A DNA stretch of 63,076 bases, filler included, from Octopus bimaculoides (GCF_001194135.2; 5 parts of 3 records of this genome joined end to end with filler, not necessarily neighbours in it); one strand, 5' to 3'. Counted from the whole stretch's first letter, positions 12,421 through 25,956 are shown. Notes: generated by a model not told the origin, from the sequence alone. Program-made: numbers and translations.

Positions 12421-12759
12421 TTGAAGTGCATAATCTTTTATGAGGACACCAGAATCTTTAAAGTGCTTAGGGCCTCAATGGGACTTAATCTGGCCCTGCA
12501 CATAACTACAACTATTAACATTCGAACCCCCACCTCTTTATCATTTTCTGCTTTCTTAGAAAAAAATGATATTTTGGATAACCACAGTTCAAAGATATTC
12601 ATAGGTTGGTCATGGTTGGGAGTCTTTTTTGATCAAAGTAGGTCTGATCATTGAAATGTGTGCCTAGGGTTAAACAACAACACATACAGCTATAAACTGA
12701 CTACGCCCACAGTTTGCAAAAGGTATACACGTGTACAAGGTTACAGGCACATACACACA

Positions 12760-12899
12760 TGTGCGCGCTCACACACACACACATATACACACTCGCGAGT
12801 ACATTCGTATACATACACACACGCACGTACACGCACACGCACACACACACACACACACACGTACAAACAGACACTCACGGGCACATTCGTGTGTATATA

Positions 12900-12935
<36 letters not shown>

Positions 12936-13270
12936 CATACACACACTCGCGGACACATTCGTATACATAAACACACACACACACACACACACTCATATAC
13001 ACACACATACACACAAGCACTCGCTGGCACATTCGTATACGTACACACACACATACACACAATCGTATACTTATGGCAGTGTCATACAGACAAACACACC
13101 ACACACACACACAAACACACACACACACACACGCTCTCTTTCTCTCTCCCTCTCTCTCTCTCTCGCGCGCACACACGCACACACACACACACACACACGC
13201 ACACGCATACAGATAAATGCGCATGCACACATAAGCTTTCATACACACACATACATGCAACACACACTTA
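12760..13270. repeat. Compound (CA)n/(TA)n/(CT)n microsatellite
   Basis: Read directly; explains the His/Thr- and Cys/Val-rich ORFs listed here. Confidence 0.95.
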
Positions 13271-13356
13271 TACACACTTTCATACGTACGTAGTTGTAAC
13301 AAATCTTTGATAAGCTTACAAGAGAAGCGGTGCCTAACAGGTCAACCTGCCTGCTG

Positions 13357-13591
13357 GAAATAACAGCCAAATCTCCCTCAAATCATTCCTTTCTGTCATA
13401 GCAATTAAACTTAATAAACTTTTCCGTGACCTCACCGAAGAACACGTTAGAGATAGCATGTCCGTGAAAAAAAAAAACGGGATAGTCACGGCTAGGACGC
13501 CTTCGGTTAAATAATAATATCGATATTTGGTGAGCAAAGAAAACCTCGAACTAGCCGGTCGATCTGTTAGAAATAACAGCCAAATCTCCCT
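13357..13591. repeat. Two direct copies of a repeat fragment (22-nt identity gaaataacagccaaatctccct at 13357-13378 and 13570-13591)
   Basis: Exact 22-mer duplication with similar flanks. A related reverse-complement sequence lies near 49660. Confidence 0.7.
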
Positions 13592-13689
13592 TCAAAATTA
13601 CACCCACTGCATTAAAAAAAGTGAGAGGGTACATTTGATAATGTAGTCTTAGATACACTATGCCTGAAGAAAAAAAGGAAAAGCAAAGT

Positions 13690-14120
13690 GTGGTGGTGGT
13701 GTGGGTGAAAAGCTTGCCTTCCAGCCCTGTGGTCCTGGGTTCAGTCACACTGCGCAGTACCTGAGGGTGGTTGCTTCTACTGGCCGTCCATGGCCGACCA
13801 AAGCTCTGTGAGTGAATTTGGTAGACAGAAACCGAAAGATGTCCGTCATGTGTGTGTGTGTGTGTGTAACTACGTGTGTGTCTTTAAGTTTGACCCCCTC
13901 CCACCACCACCGCTTGACAAACGGTGTTAGTTTGCTTACGTCCTTTTAAATTTGCCGTTTGGCAATAGAGGTGGAGAAATGATTATCTGGTTTTACGTAT
14001 TCATTTTTCTTTTGAATAAGTACCAGAGTTGGTTTGTTCGACTAAAACCTTCAATTACGATGCCCCAGCTTGGCCGCAGTCCAATGACTGAAATAAATAA
14101 ATAAATAAAAAGATAAAAGA
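13690..14120 (+). mobile_element. Composite tRNA-derived SINE family C (head, GT tract, 3' domain)
   Basis: Head ggttcagtcacactgcg, then ggccgaccaaagctctgtgagtgaatttggtagac, a (GT)n tract, gcttgacaaacggtgtt...ggccgcagtccaatgactgaaa and an A-rich tail. Confidence 0.8.
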
Positions 14121-14589
14121 AAAACTGGTCGTCACGCCTGGAAAAAAATCTCTGATTTATAAGTAGGTCGCTAGATCCGGGTGGATGTGCCCTGGGTTAA
14201 AGAACATCAACAGCCGTAGCCTTGAAAAACCACTCGCGTGTGTATGTGTGTTAGACAAGTACGTTACAACTGATCCGGTTTCATTACCATAACGCACACA
14301 CGCAAGAGGAGCAAATGTATACAGAAATTGTGTGTTATAACCACAGCATTCACACTTAGGTACACACACACACACACACACTTATACCTGTACACACAAA
14401 CACACGAGCAAAAAAACCCAACACAAACATACTAACATTTTCTATATACATGCTAAAACCCGAATTTAAAAGCACACACACAAGTGTGTCTTTACACTCA
14501 CTTCAGTAGATTAACATACACAGATGTGTACATAAACACACATACACAAACATACATACATACATACATACATACATACACACAGATAT

Positions 14590-14970
14590 GCACTCCGTCG
14601 GTTACGACGACGACGACGAGGGTTCCAGTTGATCCGATCAACGGAACAGCCTGCTCGTGAAATTAACGTGCAAGTGGCTGAGCACTCCACAGACACGTGT
14701 ACCCTTAACGTAGTTCTCGGGGATATTCAGCGTGACACAGTGTGACAAGGCTGACCCTTTGAATTACAGGCACAACAGAAACAGGAAGTAAGAGTGAGAG
14801 AAAGTTGTGGTGAAAGAGTACAGCAGAGTTCGCCACCATCCCCTGCCGGAGCCTTGTGGAACTTTAGGTGTTTTCGCGTAATAAACACCCACATAGCTCG
14901 GTCTGGGAATCGAAACCGCGATCCTACGACCGCATGTCCGCTGCCCTAACCACTGGGCCATTGCGCCTCC
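14590..14970 (-). mobile_element. tRNA-derived SINE family A, full length
   Basis: The reverse complement starts ggaggcgcaatggcccagtggttagggcagcg (A box) with B box gtttcgattccc; body as in the other two copies. Confidence 0.93.
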
Positions 14971-15029
14971 ACATACACTTATGCATAAGTAATTAGATAC
15001 TCGTAGACATGTATGTATTCTCTACCTAA

Positions 15030-15218
15030 TTTTGGCAGAAGGTCGGAAATTTTGTGGGGAGGGACAAGTTTATTATATCAATCCCAGCATTCAAATGGTA
15101 TTTACTTTATCGGCCCCTAAGGAATAAAAGGCTAAGTCGCCATCAGTGGCATTTGAACTCAGAGCATAAAGAGCTAGAAAGAAATACCGCTAAGCAGTTT
15201 GTCCAGTGCCCGCCTTAA
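15030..15218 (-). mobile_element. tRNA-derived SINE family B (decayed)
   Basis: atttgaactcaga (reverse B box) and gaaataccgctaagc as in the other copies. Confidence 0.7.
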
Positions 15219-15233
15219 GAAACATACATATTG

Positions 15234-15625
15234 GTTTCAAATTTTGGCACAAGGCCAGCAAGTCTGGGAGAGGGCACTAGCGCAGCTAGGGGTGGGGTGT
15301 TAGGGGTGGTCCGTCCCGGGTGGCACTTTTAAAGAGGCGGCACTTTTGGGTCTGCTGTAGGCAATATGTTTTTTGTGGGGTTCGCGGGCGGCAAACGGAA
15401 GGGTCACTTTGGGGCGGCACACACTCTAGCTACGCTAGTGGGTGAGGGGGAAAGTCGATTACATCGTCTCCAGTATTCATCTGGTACTTATTTTATCGGT
15501 CCCTAAACGATTAAAAGGAAAGTCGACCTCAGCGGAATTTGAACTCAGAACGTACAAACGGAAGAAATGCCGCTAAGCATTTTGCCCGTCGTGGTAACTA
15601 CACTCTGTCAGCTCGTCACCTTAAG
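15234..15625 (-). mobile_element. tRNA-derived SINE family B, interrupted by a MITE
   Basis: Tail tttggcacaaggccagc, central aagtcgattacatcg...ggtacttattttatcg, reverse B box ggaatttgaactcag, and the head at about 15600-15625. Confidence 0.8.
15275..15440. mobile_element. hAT-type MITE (166 bp)
   Basis: 15-bp TIRs cactagcgcagctag / ctagctacgctagtg (1 mismatch); 8-bp TSD ggagaggg (15267-15274) / ggtgaggg (15441-15448). Confidence 0.88.
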
Positions 15626-15640
15626 AAAAAAAAAAAAAAA

Positions 15641-15673
<33 letters not shown>

Positions 15674-15929
15674 CCCCGTTTATATTACGTATATTGACAA
15701 TTAAATCTATGCGTATATGTGTATACATATACATCCATACATTTATACTAATAACAGACACATTCATGGCATGTATATATACAGAAAAACTTGCGTATAT
15801 TCACGCTTTTGTGTATATACAAACACACACTCACATACGCGCGCACACAAACACAGAACTTAAGTGCGAATGTGCTTATCTGTTTGTGTGTGTTTACGTT
15901 TTAATATCGATGTTTATATGCTCAACTTT

Positions 15930-16146
15930 GTATGTGTGTATGTGTGTGTGTGTGTGTGTGTGTTTTTTGCGTGAGAACGCCTCTCTATATATATGTTTAT
16001 ATACATCTGTGTGTATATCTTTGTGCGTATATTAGTGTATATAAACGTCTGTATGAATACATGCGCCATAAGGCATGCGCAAACCTGATTGGCTAAAAGT
16101 TAAGCGTGTTTATATGTACATCTCAACTTATATGCGCGCGTGTGTG

Positions 16147-16189
<43 letters not shown>

Positions 16190-16511
16190 ATGTGTGTGTG
16201 TATTTCCAGGCACACATATGTGTTTGTGTACGTCGATAAGCGTATATATATATAAATGTCAGGACGTGTGCGAGTGTAAGCTTGCATGCTTAAACATCTA
16301 TGTATGTATGTATGTATGTATGTATGTATATATATGTGTGTATGTGTGTGTGTCTATGTGCGTGTATTAAAATTCGTAGCAGTTGCATGACTTTTATGTA
16401 TGTGTTTATGTATTATATGTGTGTGTTTGTGTATTAAGTTTATGTTCGTATTAGAGACAACTTTCTCGGCACACTCAACACAAACAAATACATACGTATA
16501 TGTTTGCTTGA

Positions 16512-16561
<50 letters not shown>

Positions 16562-16737
16562 GACTTACTTGCAAAAAAGGACGTGTGCGTTCAATAATGT
16601 AATAATACAAAGAATATATATACATGTATACACACATATATGTACATACTTACATCTACATGTGTATATACATGCATATCAGGGTACAGGACGTTAGAAC
16701 AATAAACTACAGACAACGGAACGAACACATAGGAAAA

Positions 16738-16777
<40 letters not shown>

Positions 16778-17208
16778 ATGTGTGTTTATGCGTATATGTG
16801 TCCGTGTTAAGACAATTGTCGCTATTGCACGAGTGTTTGTGTATATAAATGTACATATGTGTACATGTGTGTGTATGTGTATGAGTGTGTGTGTGTGTAC
16901 GAGTGTGTGAAATATCGTATGCCTAACTATGATCGCGGAAGCCATCTGCAATGTGCGTATGTCTAAGTATATACGATTATGATGTGTATACGTGTGTATA
17001 ACCGGGCGTATATATGTTTCTATAGTTACCTCTATGAGCATTGCATATACGTATGTATCGTTTACTCTGATTTATTATCTACTAACCTGTCTGTCTGTCT
17101 GTCTCTCACTCACTCTCTCTCTCTCTCTTTCCGGATGTGTGTGTGTGTGTGTGTGTGTTTATAAACATGCACAAACATACACATAAATGCATGAATATAT
17201 ATATATCA

Positions 17209-17247
<39 letters not shown>

Positions 17248-17285
17248 CATATTTATTTATTTATTTATTTATTTATTTATTTGTT
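15930..17285. repeat. Extended compound (GT)n/(TA)n/(TATG)n/(TTTA)n microsatellite region
   Basis: Read directly. Confidence 0.9.
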
Positions 17286-17290
17286 TATTT

Positions 17291-17481
17291 ATTTCAGTCA
17301 TTTGACTTCGGCCATGCTGGAGCACCGCCTTTTGTCGAGGATATCGACCCCAGAACTTATTCTTTATAAGTCTAGTACTTATTCTATCGGTCTCTTTTTG
17401 CCGAACCGCCAATTTACGGGGACCTAAACACACCAGTATCGGTACTCAAGCGATGGTGGTGGGGAGACAAACATAGACACT

Positions 17482-17485
<4 letters not shown>
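17291..17485 (-). mobile_element. SINE family C, 3' domain
   Basis: tttcagtcatttgacttcggccatgctggagcaccgcc...gtacttattctatcggtctc...gccgaaccg is the reverse complement of the 13900-14120 domain. Confidence 0.85.
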
Positions 17486-17534
<49 letters not shown>

Positions 17535-18151
17535 GCTGCGCGAAACTTTCAGTTAATTATATAACATTATTCCTTTCATTTCTAGGTTGCTTTATACGAA
17601 TATAAATCTACCCCAGTATTTCATTGATACTATATGTACCCCCGTCACCACACAGAGGAATATAAAGGGATGTTGCCCATGGCGTGATTGGAACTCTTGC
17701 TTCAAAGGGTTGCCATTAAAATAGCATAGGGCCCCGTCAGCCAATCCACCGTGAAAAAAAAAAGTTAATGCGCAGATTGCGCAGTAAATAGGTGTGTCTG
17801 TGTGTGTGCATATGTACGTGTGTAAGTGTGAGTGTACGCTGTTGCATATTGTTAATATGTGGGTGTACATTTGAGGAGATAGAGGAAGTGTGTGTGTGTG
17901 CGCGTGAGAGCGCGTGTGTAAGTGAGGAGAGAAGTGGGATAGAAAAAAAGAGTGATTGTATACTTGTGTTTATGTCGAAGGTGTATATGTAACACAGACA
18001 CACACACACGCACACTCACACATACACACACGCATGCCTCTTTGAAGCACACATGATATATCGCCGTATACATATGTACATATGCGCATACACACACACA
18101 CACACACACACTCACTCACACACACATATACACACACATTATATTACATTA

Positions 18152-18217
18152 TGTGGCCAGTAGCTTTCTTCTCAACCACATGGTTCTGGGTTCAGTCCCA
18201 CTGCGCGGCACCTTCTT
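18152..18217 (+). mobile_element. SINE family C, head fragment
   Basis: accacatggttctgggttcagtcccactgcgcggcacc matches the family C head. Confidence 0.75.
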
Positions 18218-18613
18218 CAGGTCGAGTGGCCCATCGCACTCAAAAGGTCCCTGAATAAGGGCTGCTTAAGGATGTTGAGCAAAACACCAATGTTTCCAAA
18301 TGCGAATTATCTAAACCCCAAAGAATTCCTCTCCGCACAAAGCTATAATGCTTCCCCACTACTTCTGCTCATGATCAGAGATGCACATATCGTCAGCCAT
18401 CAAGGGACATGCTCAACTGGTTAAGGTCAAACAACTGACAAGCAAATCTGTGGAATTGAGCAGAATATTTGCTGTAGCCCATCTTTTTATACCAAGACAA
18501 AACAATGTACATGATAACACTTCCAATCAAATAAGAAGCCATGAGAGCCACTACTTGGTACTGCATTCGGGCATTATTATTCAGGTCACTGAATATTATG
18601 TCCACTGGCATAT

Positions 18614-18675
18614 GGCGTAGTGGTTAAGAGCGCAGGCTACTGATTCCGAGTTCGATTCCAGGCAGTAACTTGAAT
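18614..18675 (+). mobile_element. Short tRNA-like SINE head (tRNA pseudogene-like)
   Basis: A box ggcgtagtggttaagagcg and B box gagttcgattcc. The anticodon arm is shortened and no acceptor stem is evident, so it is not called a tRNA. Confidence 0.65.
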
Positions 18676-18946
18676 GACACTTTTTTCTTTATAAGCATAT
18701 TTCTATGCCGAATTCAGGATTGTTGTAGCTTGTGTATATGTGAACGCCTTTTACTTCATAATACATTCCTCTTTCTTTTTTTTCCTTTTTATGCAGGTAT
18801 TTGTACTGAAATTAGTTAAAATGAGCGACGTATCTTATTTGCGGTTTTCTTGAAGAGGAGATATTGAATAAAGTGCAGATAGCTGGAGATTCACTTACTA
18901 AAACTGCTGAATTGTATGGCGGTTTTGAGAGATACATTCTCTAAAA

Positions 18947-19492
18947 CAAGGGTCGGCAAACCGGAGTATATTACCCCAGCTGGGGTAAAAATGAAATTCT
19001 TGGGGGTAATGAGGATTCATTAGACATAAGTAAAATTATTAAAAAAAAAAAACGTGTTTCTTGTTCCGGCAGAAATTGTTCTGGCATGAGGAAGCAGTGA
19101 AAAAGTTGCTGCCTTTTGCATCAACCTACCTTTGCAAACAAAGATTTTCCACTCCACTCTAATAAACATAAAATAGAGTAATCGAGTGGACCTCGAAGAT
19201 TGTATCCAAATTGCTCTGGCATCAAAATGAAGCAACATCATTTCTCTAAAACCTGAAGTAAAAAAGTGTCTAGAAAAATCCTTTTGTTTCGTAATGAGGG
19301 TATTAATTTATTTTATCACATTTGTTTAATACTTTTTATTTTCATAATTGTATTTTCCACATAATTAGATTCAATAAACCTTTGGAATTCAAAGAATCTA
19401 TGATTTTTTTCCCTTTCAAATCAAGGGGTGTAACTTTGGCGTTAAATGAATATATTTTGGGGTAATTGGTTAAAAAAGTTCCCCGGCCTCTG
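18947..19492 (+). mobile_element. Buster/Charlie-type hAT deletion derivative (546 bp)
   Basis: 8-bp TSD ctctaaaa (18939-18946) / ccctaaaa (19493-19500) with central TA; imperfect 15-bp TIRs (10/15); hAT dimerisation remnant EAVKKLLPFASTYLCKQRFST from 19091. Confidence 0.88.
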
Positions 19493-19689
19493 CCCTAAAA
19501 TCATGTTGGCATGCAAAACCAAGGTAAAATCAGCTCTGGGGAGCATAGTTTTGAACGGAAGATAAAGCTCACAAGGAGAGGCCGTACAACGTGAAAACGC
19601 ATTGTGTCTAAAAAGCATCAAACTACGGCAGCAAAACTGACAACCCCGAGTCAACCAAAACCGTAGGTTCTGAGCTGCGTAAATATGGA

Positions 19690-20182
19690 CACCATGAGAA
19701 GACTACGATTGCTAAACCTCACTTGTTCCTCTATAATGTTGATAGGCAGGAAAAGGGTATCTAGAATATCAAAAGAGGTTAATGGTTCAATGGAACAACG
19801 TCATCTTTGATAAATCATCATTCACCCTTTTCCCCCAATTCGAAGCAAGTCAGTGTCGGGAGACAGACAAAAGAAGCTTTCAACACTACCCATATATTTT
19901 ACATATCGCGGCCGAAACGCACAAGCAATTAATAAATTGTACGAATTTCTTATTAAAAAAGCTAAGTCTTCCAGACACTTTAAAGTTGCCCCGCTTGGTA
20001 TCTGGTACTGAGGAGAGCACAAAAAGCTCGAAATGCATTAAACAGTTCATGGAGATTGTTTGGAACTGATTTAGCGATCTTTACACCTTATACCTAAAGC
20101 GAGAATTTTTCTTCATGGCAAAACGCGTCGAAAATGTTTTTTTTACAAGTTAAATATCTCCCAAGCATGTTTGAACTGATCT
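19690..20182 (+). mobile_element. Tc1-like transposase remnant
   Basis: KPHL... and WNNVIF-DKSSFTLFP (cf. WxxVIFSDESxF), with EIVWN downstream. Decayed; ends at a gap. Confidence 0.55.
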
Positions 20183-21989
20183 NNNNNNNNNNNNNNNNNN
20201 NNNNNNNNNNNNNNNNNNNNNNNNNNTTAATTAATTAANNNNNNNNNNNNNNNNNNNNNNNNNNNNNNNNNNNNNNNNNNNNATATATATATATATATAT
20301 AATACAATATAATCATAAATATACAGGGATTAGCTTGAGTTGCTTCTCCAACATACTGAAAATTTAGAAATAGCAGTCAAAGAACTACTGATTCCAAACT
20401 ACAAATTTTTCTCTAACGGATGGCGATATTACTTATTGACGATTCCCTGCCCTTATTTCTGTATATTTTATAATACAATATATATATATATAGAGAGAGA
20501 GAGAGGAAGCGAGAGAGGGAGAGAGAGATATAGATAGATAGACACATAAATATAAATATACACACACATATATATATTCATACCTATATATGTACATATA
20601 TATATATGTGTATATATGTACATATATATATGTATATCATATATATATAAAACATAGCATACATAGATATATATAATATATATATATATATCTATATATA
20701 TATATATATATAAACATATATATACTTATATATACTTATACATATATATGAATGGAATAGAATCGGTTTCAGCTCATGAGCTGTGGCCATGCTGGGGCAC
20801 CGCCATTTAGTGTTGCTACATAACTTTTACGTACACGTGTCTATTATCTTCCTTTTTGTCTCTTTATTACACGGTTCCTCTAAAGAACTCATGTCCCCCA
20901 AATCATTACTCTCCTGATTAGAAGACTGGATTTTATAAATTTGAACCTCCCGAATATTAATCCGATATTCATTTGTTATACGTTTCTACTACCTTCTACC
21001 CACTCATTTTGTCCCAAATATAAATTTAACAGTAGAAGCAATTAGATATAGAAATAGACGAATCGCTAAGTTTATGAATAACTACCTTAGGAGTTTATTA
21101 GTTAAGTGACTCAACTATATTGGGAATCCTGCTGTCAGACATAATAAATTTTAAACATAATCTGAGGCAATTTGTCGGGTACAATAGCTTTTGATCGTAT
21201 TTTTACCAAAAATGACTACAATTTGAAAATATGTAGTTATAATTTATATATGAAGGAGTTTTAGTGAGAAATCGAAGACTCTATTCTAGAAATAATCTTA
21301 TCGTTTATCGACAACATACCAAGAAGATATATACGATCAGTTTTATTGTATTGCTGTGTTATTACTTTGTTACTTTGCCTCTTATTTTAGTTTGGACGTG
21401 TATGTGTGTATATATACATATGCATATTTATATCCGCATATAAACTTTCCGATAATTTGTTTAGTCTTTTTGTTATTTATATACACTCCATTTATGTAGG
21501 TATATATAGGTATGTGAGTATGTTGCGGATAAGAAGGCGTTATATTTATTAATAAATGAGTATTCCGCTATGATATAGCAGCTTGAAACGAACATCTACA
21601 CCTCGAAAAATATATCGGCAAATATCTTGTGAATTCTTAGTAAAAACGGAAAGCATTGGGTACTATAAGACAATTCCCTAGAATTAGTAATTATCCCATA
21701 CGTAAAAACTAAGAACTTGCTCTTCTTTTCGCTCGGTTGCTAAACAAGTAATCTGCTATGAAGAAAAGAAAGAAAAAACATACGCATTCCATGAATTTCC
21801 TCGGGACTGTAATTATTTTAATCTTTAAATAAGTCACAGGTTGTATCATGCTGTTGATTTCTGAAAAGAAATACAAAGTATAATACATGATTATCACAGG
21901 CTAAAAATTTGAAGAACTTCGTAATATGAATACTCTCTGAATGTTTTCCTTTATAATTCCCTAATATCAAATTCTAATATCTATTTGCA

Positions 21990-22990
21990 GAAATTTAATT
22001 TAAAGTGCTACTTAAAGTTTGACAAAGGAGGCGAAATGCAAAGATAGTTTAAAGGGGGCCTTCAAAGAGATCTATCTACACGGCTTAACATCGCTCGAAT
22101 TAGAAATAAATTTGACACAGATGGAACTGTTCAGAATGTCTATAAGAGACGTTTCTAAAGGCTTCAGACATCGTCGATTCCCACAAAGCAAAAAAAAAGT
22201 ACTAGATACGTATTGCCAGAGTTCAAGAAAATACGTGTTGTAAGCGGGCCATAAGAAAAGAATTTTAAAATAAAGTATCTATCCTGTTTGAAACGCTGTC
22301 ATTGGAAACACTACTTTTCAAGAGTAGCCCATGCTCTCAATGGAGGTGGTCCGGGTCGAGGAGTGAAGTTTTGCGAGTGGTACTTCGCAAGATATGTAGA
22401 AGATGCACACTTTCCATCAAATATTGTTTGGATTGACGAGGACGCATTTGAATTAACCGCCTCGTTTGCACATACCGGAGACCTGAGAATCCACATATTA
22501 CGGAGGAACATCATATTAATTTACTTAGCGATCCGGCTTATCATCAAAAGGATTAATTAGGCCATTATATTGAACCTACAGCAACAATCTACCATGTCAA
22601 GCATTAAAGGAGACTTTGAATGTGTGCAGTTATCTTTCCATCGTGATGGGTCTCCCTCTCAATACCATAGTAAAATAATTGCCTACCCTGATGAGGTTTT
22701 GCCAGACAGGAAGGAGCACTGGAGGAAGATATTCACTATAATACTTTCTGAATTCACCGGACTTCACACCACTGAGTGCTTTTTTTTTATGCGAATTCTT
22801 AAAATATTAAATTTACGGTAATAGAAAAAAAATGAGCGACTGTCGACGAACTGAAAGCAGCTTCTGAATGAAAATATACACAACTATCAAAAGAAATATT
22901 TCTTGATGTTCGCAATTCCTTTGCCCCGAGTTTCAGTTGTGCCTAAACCAGAACAGTTTGAAATTAGGCAAGAGCAGTCAGCAGTTTGAA
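21990..22990 (+). mobile_element. IS630-Tc1-mariner remnant, rosa/DD41D-like
   Basis: RLNIARIRNKFDTDGTVQNV (HTH region), HALNGGGPGRGVKFCEWY, NIVWIDEDAF, FHRDGSP, SPDFTPL. Deletions prevent measuring the D-D spacing. Confidence 0.8.
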
Positions 22991-24046
22991 AAGAGGCATT
23001 TAATCGAAAATACAATATTGTCTGTAGATTGTATTAAATGTATTTTAATAAATATGAATTTTATGATCATCCAATGTACGTTTATTCAGGACACCTAAAT
23101 GTACATACANNNNNNNNNNNNNNNNNNNNNNNNNNNNNNNNNNNNNNNNNNNNNNNNNNNNNNNNNNNNNNNNNNNNNNNNNNNNNNNNNNNNNNNNNNN
23201 NNNNNNNNNTGTGTGTGCGTGTGTGTGAAAAGAGAGAGAGAGAGAGGGAGAGAGAAAGAGAGAGTTCAAATTTACTGAGAACTAAAGATGAAGACGGGTG
23301 AGGGAACAACAAGCAGATGAAATAGTTTGACGCTCGGAAAGAATGGAAAAAGTCTTAACGTTTCGAGCCTACCCTATTCGACAGAAATGAATGAGAGGAA
23401 GAAAAATAGAGAGAGAACGCAAAAAAATAACGGAGAGAGAAACAAATGTGTAGGGTAGAGGAATCAGAACCCTTTACCAACACTATAACTACCACAGAAG
23501 AACACACAAGAAAAATAAAAGAAAAATCATGAAATCTTACAATCAACAACCGCCATTTTTAACTATTACTAACTTATTTTTACCTTGTAGCGTACATTTG
23601 GAAGCTCAAGGAATATCATTAATAATATGTACATATGTTTACCTGTAGACTTTGAAAAATATGTATATCACTTCTAGTATGTGCAAATATATCATATTTC
23701 GTTGTATGAATAACAGCAAACTATGATAAAAAATAGTATAAAAGCCGCTTTATAAATGCTTAAGTATGGATCTGTCCACGTGCGTGCATATGTCTGTGTA
23801 TGTGTGTATGGAAAGATTTTTACCTGGACGTTGGTATTTTTTACTTCCTTTTTTCTTCAATTTTTTATTCGGTTTGTGGAAGTTTTTTTTTTTCTTGTCT
23901 TCTATTAAGTTGAAAGAGTTTGACAATACTACATGGCTGTGATTATTATGTAGAGTGTACAGATTGCCTGTATATGTACATGTGCTTACGTATAAATGTG
24001 TGTGTGTTTGTGTATGTGTATATGTATGTATGCATTTCTACACTAC

Positions 24047-24091
<45 letters not shown>

Positions 24092-25254
24092 NNNNNNNNN
24101 NNNNNNNNNNNNNNNNNNNNNNNNNNNNNNNNNNNNNNNNNNNNNNNNNNNNNNNNNNNNNNNNNNNNNNNNNNNNNNNNNNNNNNNNNNNNNNNNNNNN
24201 NNNNNNNNNNNNNNNNNNNNNNNNNNNNNNNNNNNNNNNNNNNNNNNNNNNNNNNNNNNNNNNNNNNNNNNNNNNNNNNNNNNNNNNNNNNNNNNNNNNN
24301 NNNNNNNNNNNNNNNNNNNNNNNNNNNNNNNNNNNNNNNNNNNNNNNNNNNNNNNNNNNNNNNNNNNNNNNNNNNNNNNNNNNNNNNNNNNNNNNNNNNN
24401 NNNNNNNNNNNNNNNNNNNNNNNNNNNNNNNNNNNNNNNNNNNNNNNNNNNNNNNNNNNNNNNNNNNNNNNNNNNNNNNNNNNNNNNNNNNNNNNNNNNN
24501 NNNNNNNNNNNNNNNNNNNNNNNNNNNNNNNNNNNNNNNNNNNNNNNNNNNNNNNNNNNNNNNNNNNNNNNNNNNNNNNNNNNNNNNNNNNNNNNNNNNN
24601 NNNNNNNNNNNNNNNNNNNNNNNNNNNNNNNNNNNNNNNNNNNNNNNNNNNNNNNNNNNNNNNNNNNNNNNNNNNNNNNNNNNNNNNNNNNNNNNNNNNN
24701 NNNNNNNNNNNNNNNNNNNNNNNNNATATATATATATATATATATACTTATATTTATATATTCGCAACATGCATAATTGTTCATGTGTGTGTGTTAGTGT
24801 GCGTGTGCGTGAATGTGTATACATATATACACACAGACTCATACATGCATATCTGCATACAGATATCTGTATATGCATTTATGATTATGTGACATGAACC
24901 TGTTTCTTTTTCCATATGAGTGTGCATATGAAGGTAAAAAAATGTGTGAACGATATAAAAAAAAAAGCAGTATAAAATATAACATATCTTATGTAGAATG
25001 AAAAAATATTATAAATATAAAAAAAATATCAACAATATTACAAGATGTTAGTATGATCAAACAAGCATCTAAGGAATATTTTACTATAGAAAACTGTTGC
25101 GAGTAGGTTTCTTTTCTTCTTAACGCCATTTTTTTTTCGTCCCCTCGCCATTTATTTTTTATGTATTATTACTATTTTATTTTTTAAAAAAAGTAACGTT
25201 TTAGAGAAATAGGAAATGCAAGTAAAACTATGTAAATGATACAAAAAACACTAC

Positions 25255-25326
<72 letters not shown>

Positions 25327-25956
25327 TTAATAATAATAATAATAAATTGTTTCTATGAACGATTTCTATTGCGGAAATACCATCTGATATCAAATAACGT
25401 TTCTGTGGCTTTATAGGTAGGTCGATGCGAAGTTGTATCGAATACGATGAGTATTGCTATAAGACACCCCGCTTCGATAGCAAGACCTATGTCATTGAAG
25501 TTTTTATCAAAATTATTCTCATTCACACGGGAAAAAATTATGAGTGTGTGTATATGTATGCGAGAGAGTGTGTGTGTGTAGATAGGTATGCGTTCGTGTA
25601 TGTGTGTAAGTATAGGTTTTTCTTCGAGACTATTTGAGTTCTTCAGATAATTCAAGGCGGTCACTAAAAAAGCGACAAGACTCTTCAGTGCTTGAGTCAA
25701 GTCAGTTTCAAAGATTTGTGAATATATGAATTGCTGTGTGTATATAGGCAGGTGTAAGTGTATATACGCTTGCACTCATGAGATGTGTGTGTGTATGTTT
25801 CAAATACACATGTGTGTGCTTGTGTGCTTCCTCTGCATGTGAACATTTATGCAACGCGCTCTTGTATTTGTACGCCGTATGTGCATATGTATGCATGCTT
25901 GTATGTATGTATGTATGTATGTATGTATGTATGTATGTATGTATGTTTGTATAAAC

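Noticed and set aside
12658-13310. His/Thr-rich and Cys/Val-rich ORFs here and in similar tracts (15694-18115, 29936-30445, 35698-36137, 58823-59130, 61862-62399)
   Set aside because: Translations of CA/GT/TA microsatellites, open in several frames on both strands.
18614-18675. Possible tRNA gene
   Set aside because: It has A and B boxes but a truncated anticodon arm and no acceptor stem; treated as a SINE head.
18797-18900. Strong polypyrimidine tract and CAG acceptor
   Set aside because: All three frames hit stops within about 60 nt and no matching donor was found.
21700-21770. Minus-strand acceptor followed by DYLFSNRAKRRASS* or ITCLATERKEEQVLSFY|GT
   Set aside because: Short, with an ambiguous frame and no family recognised.
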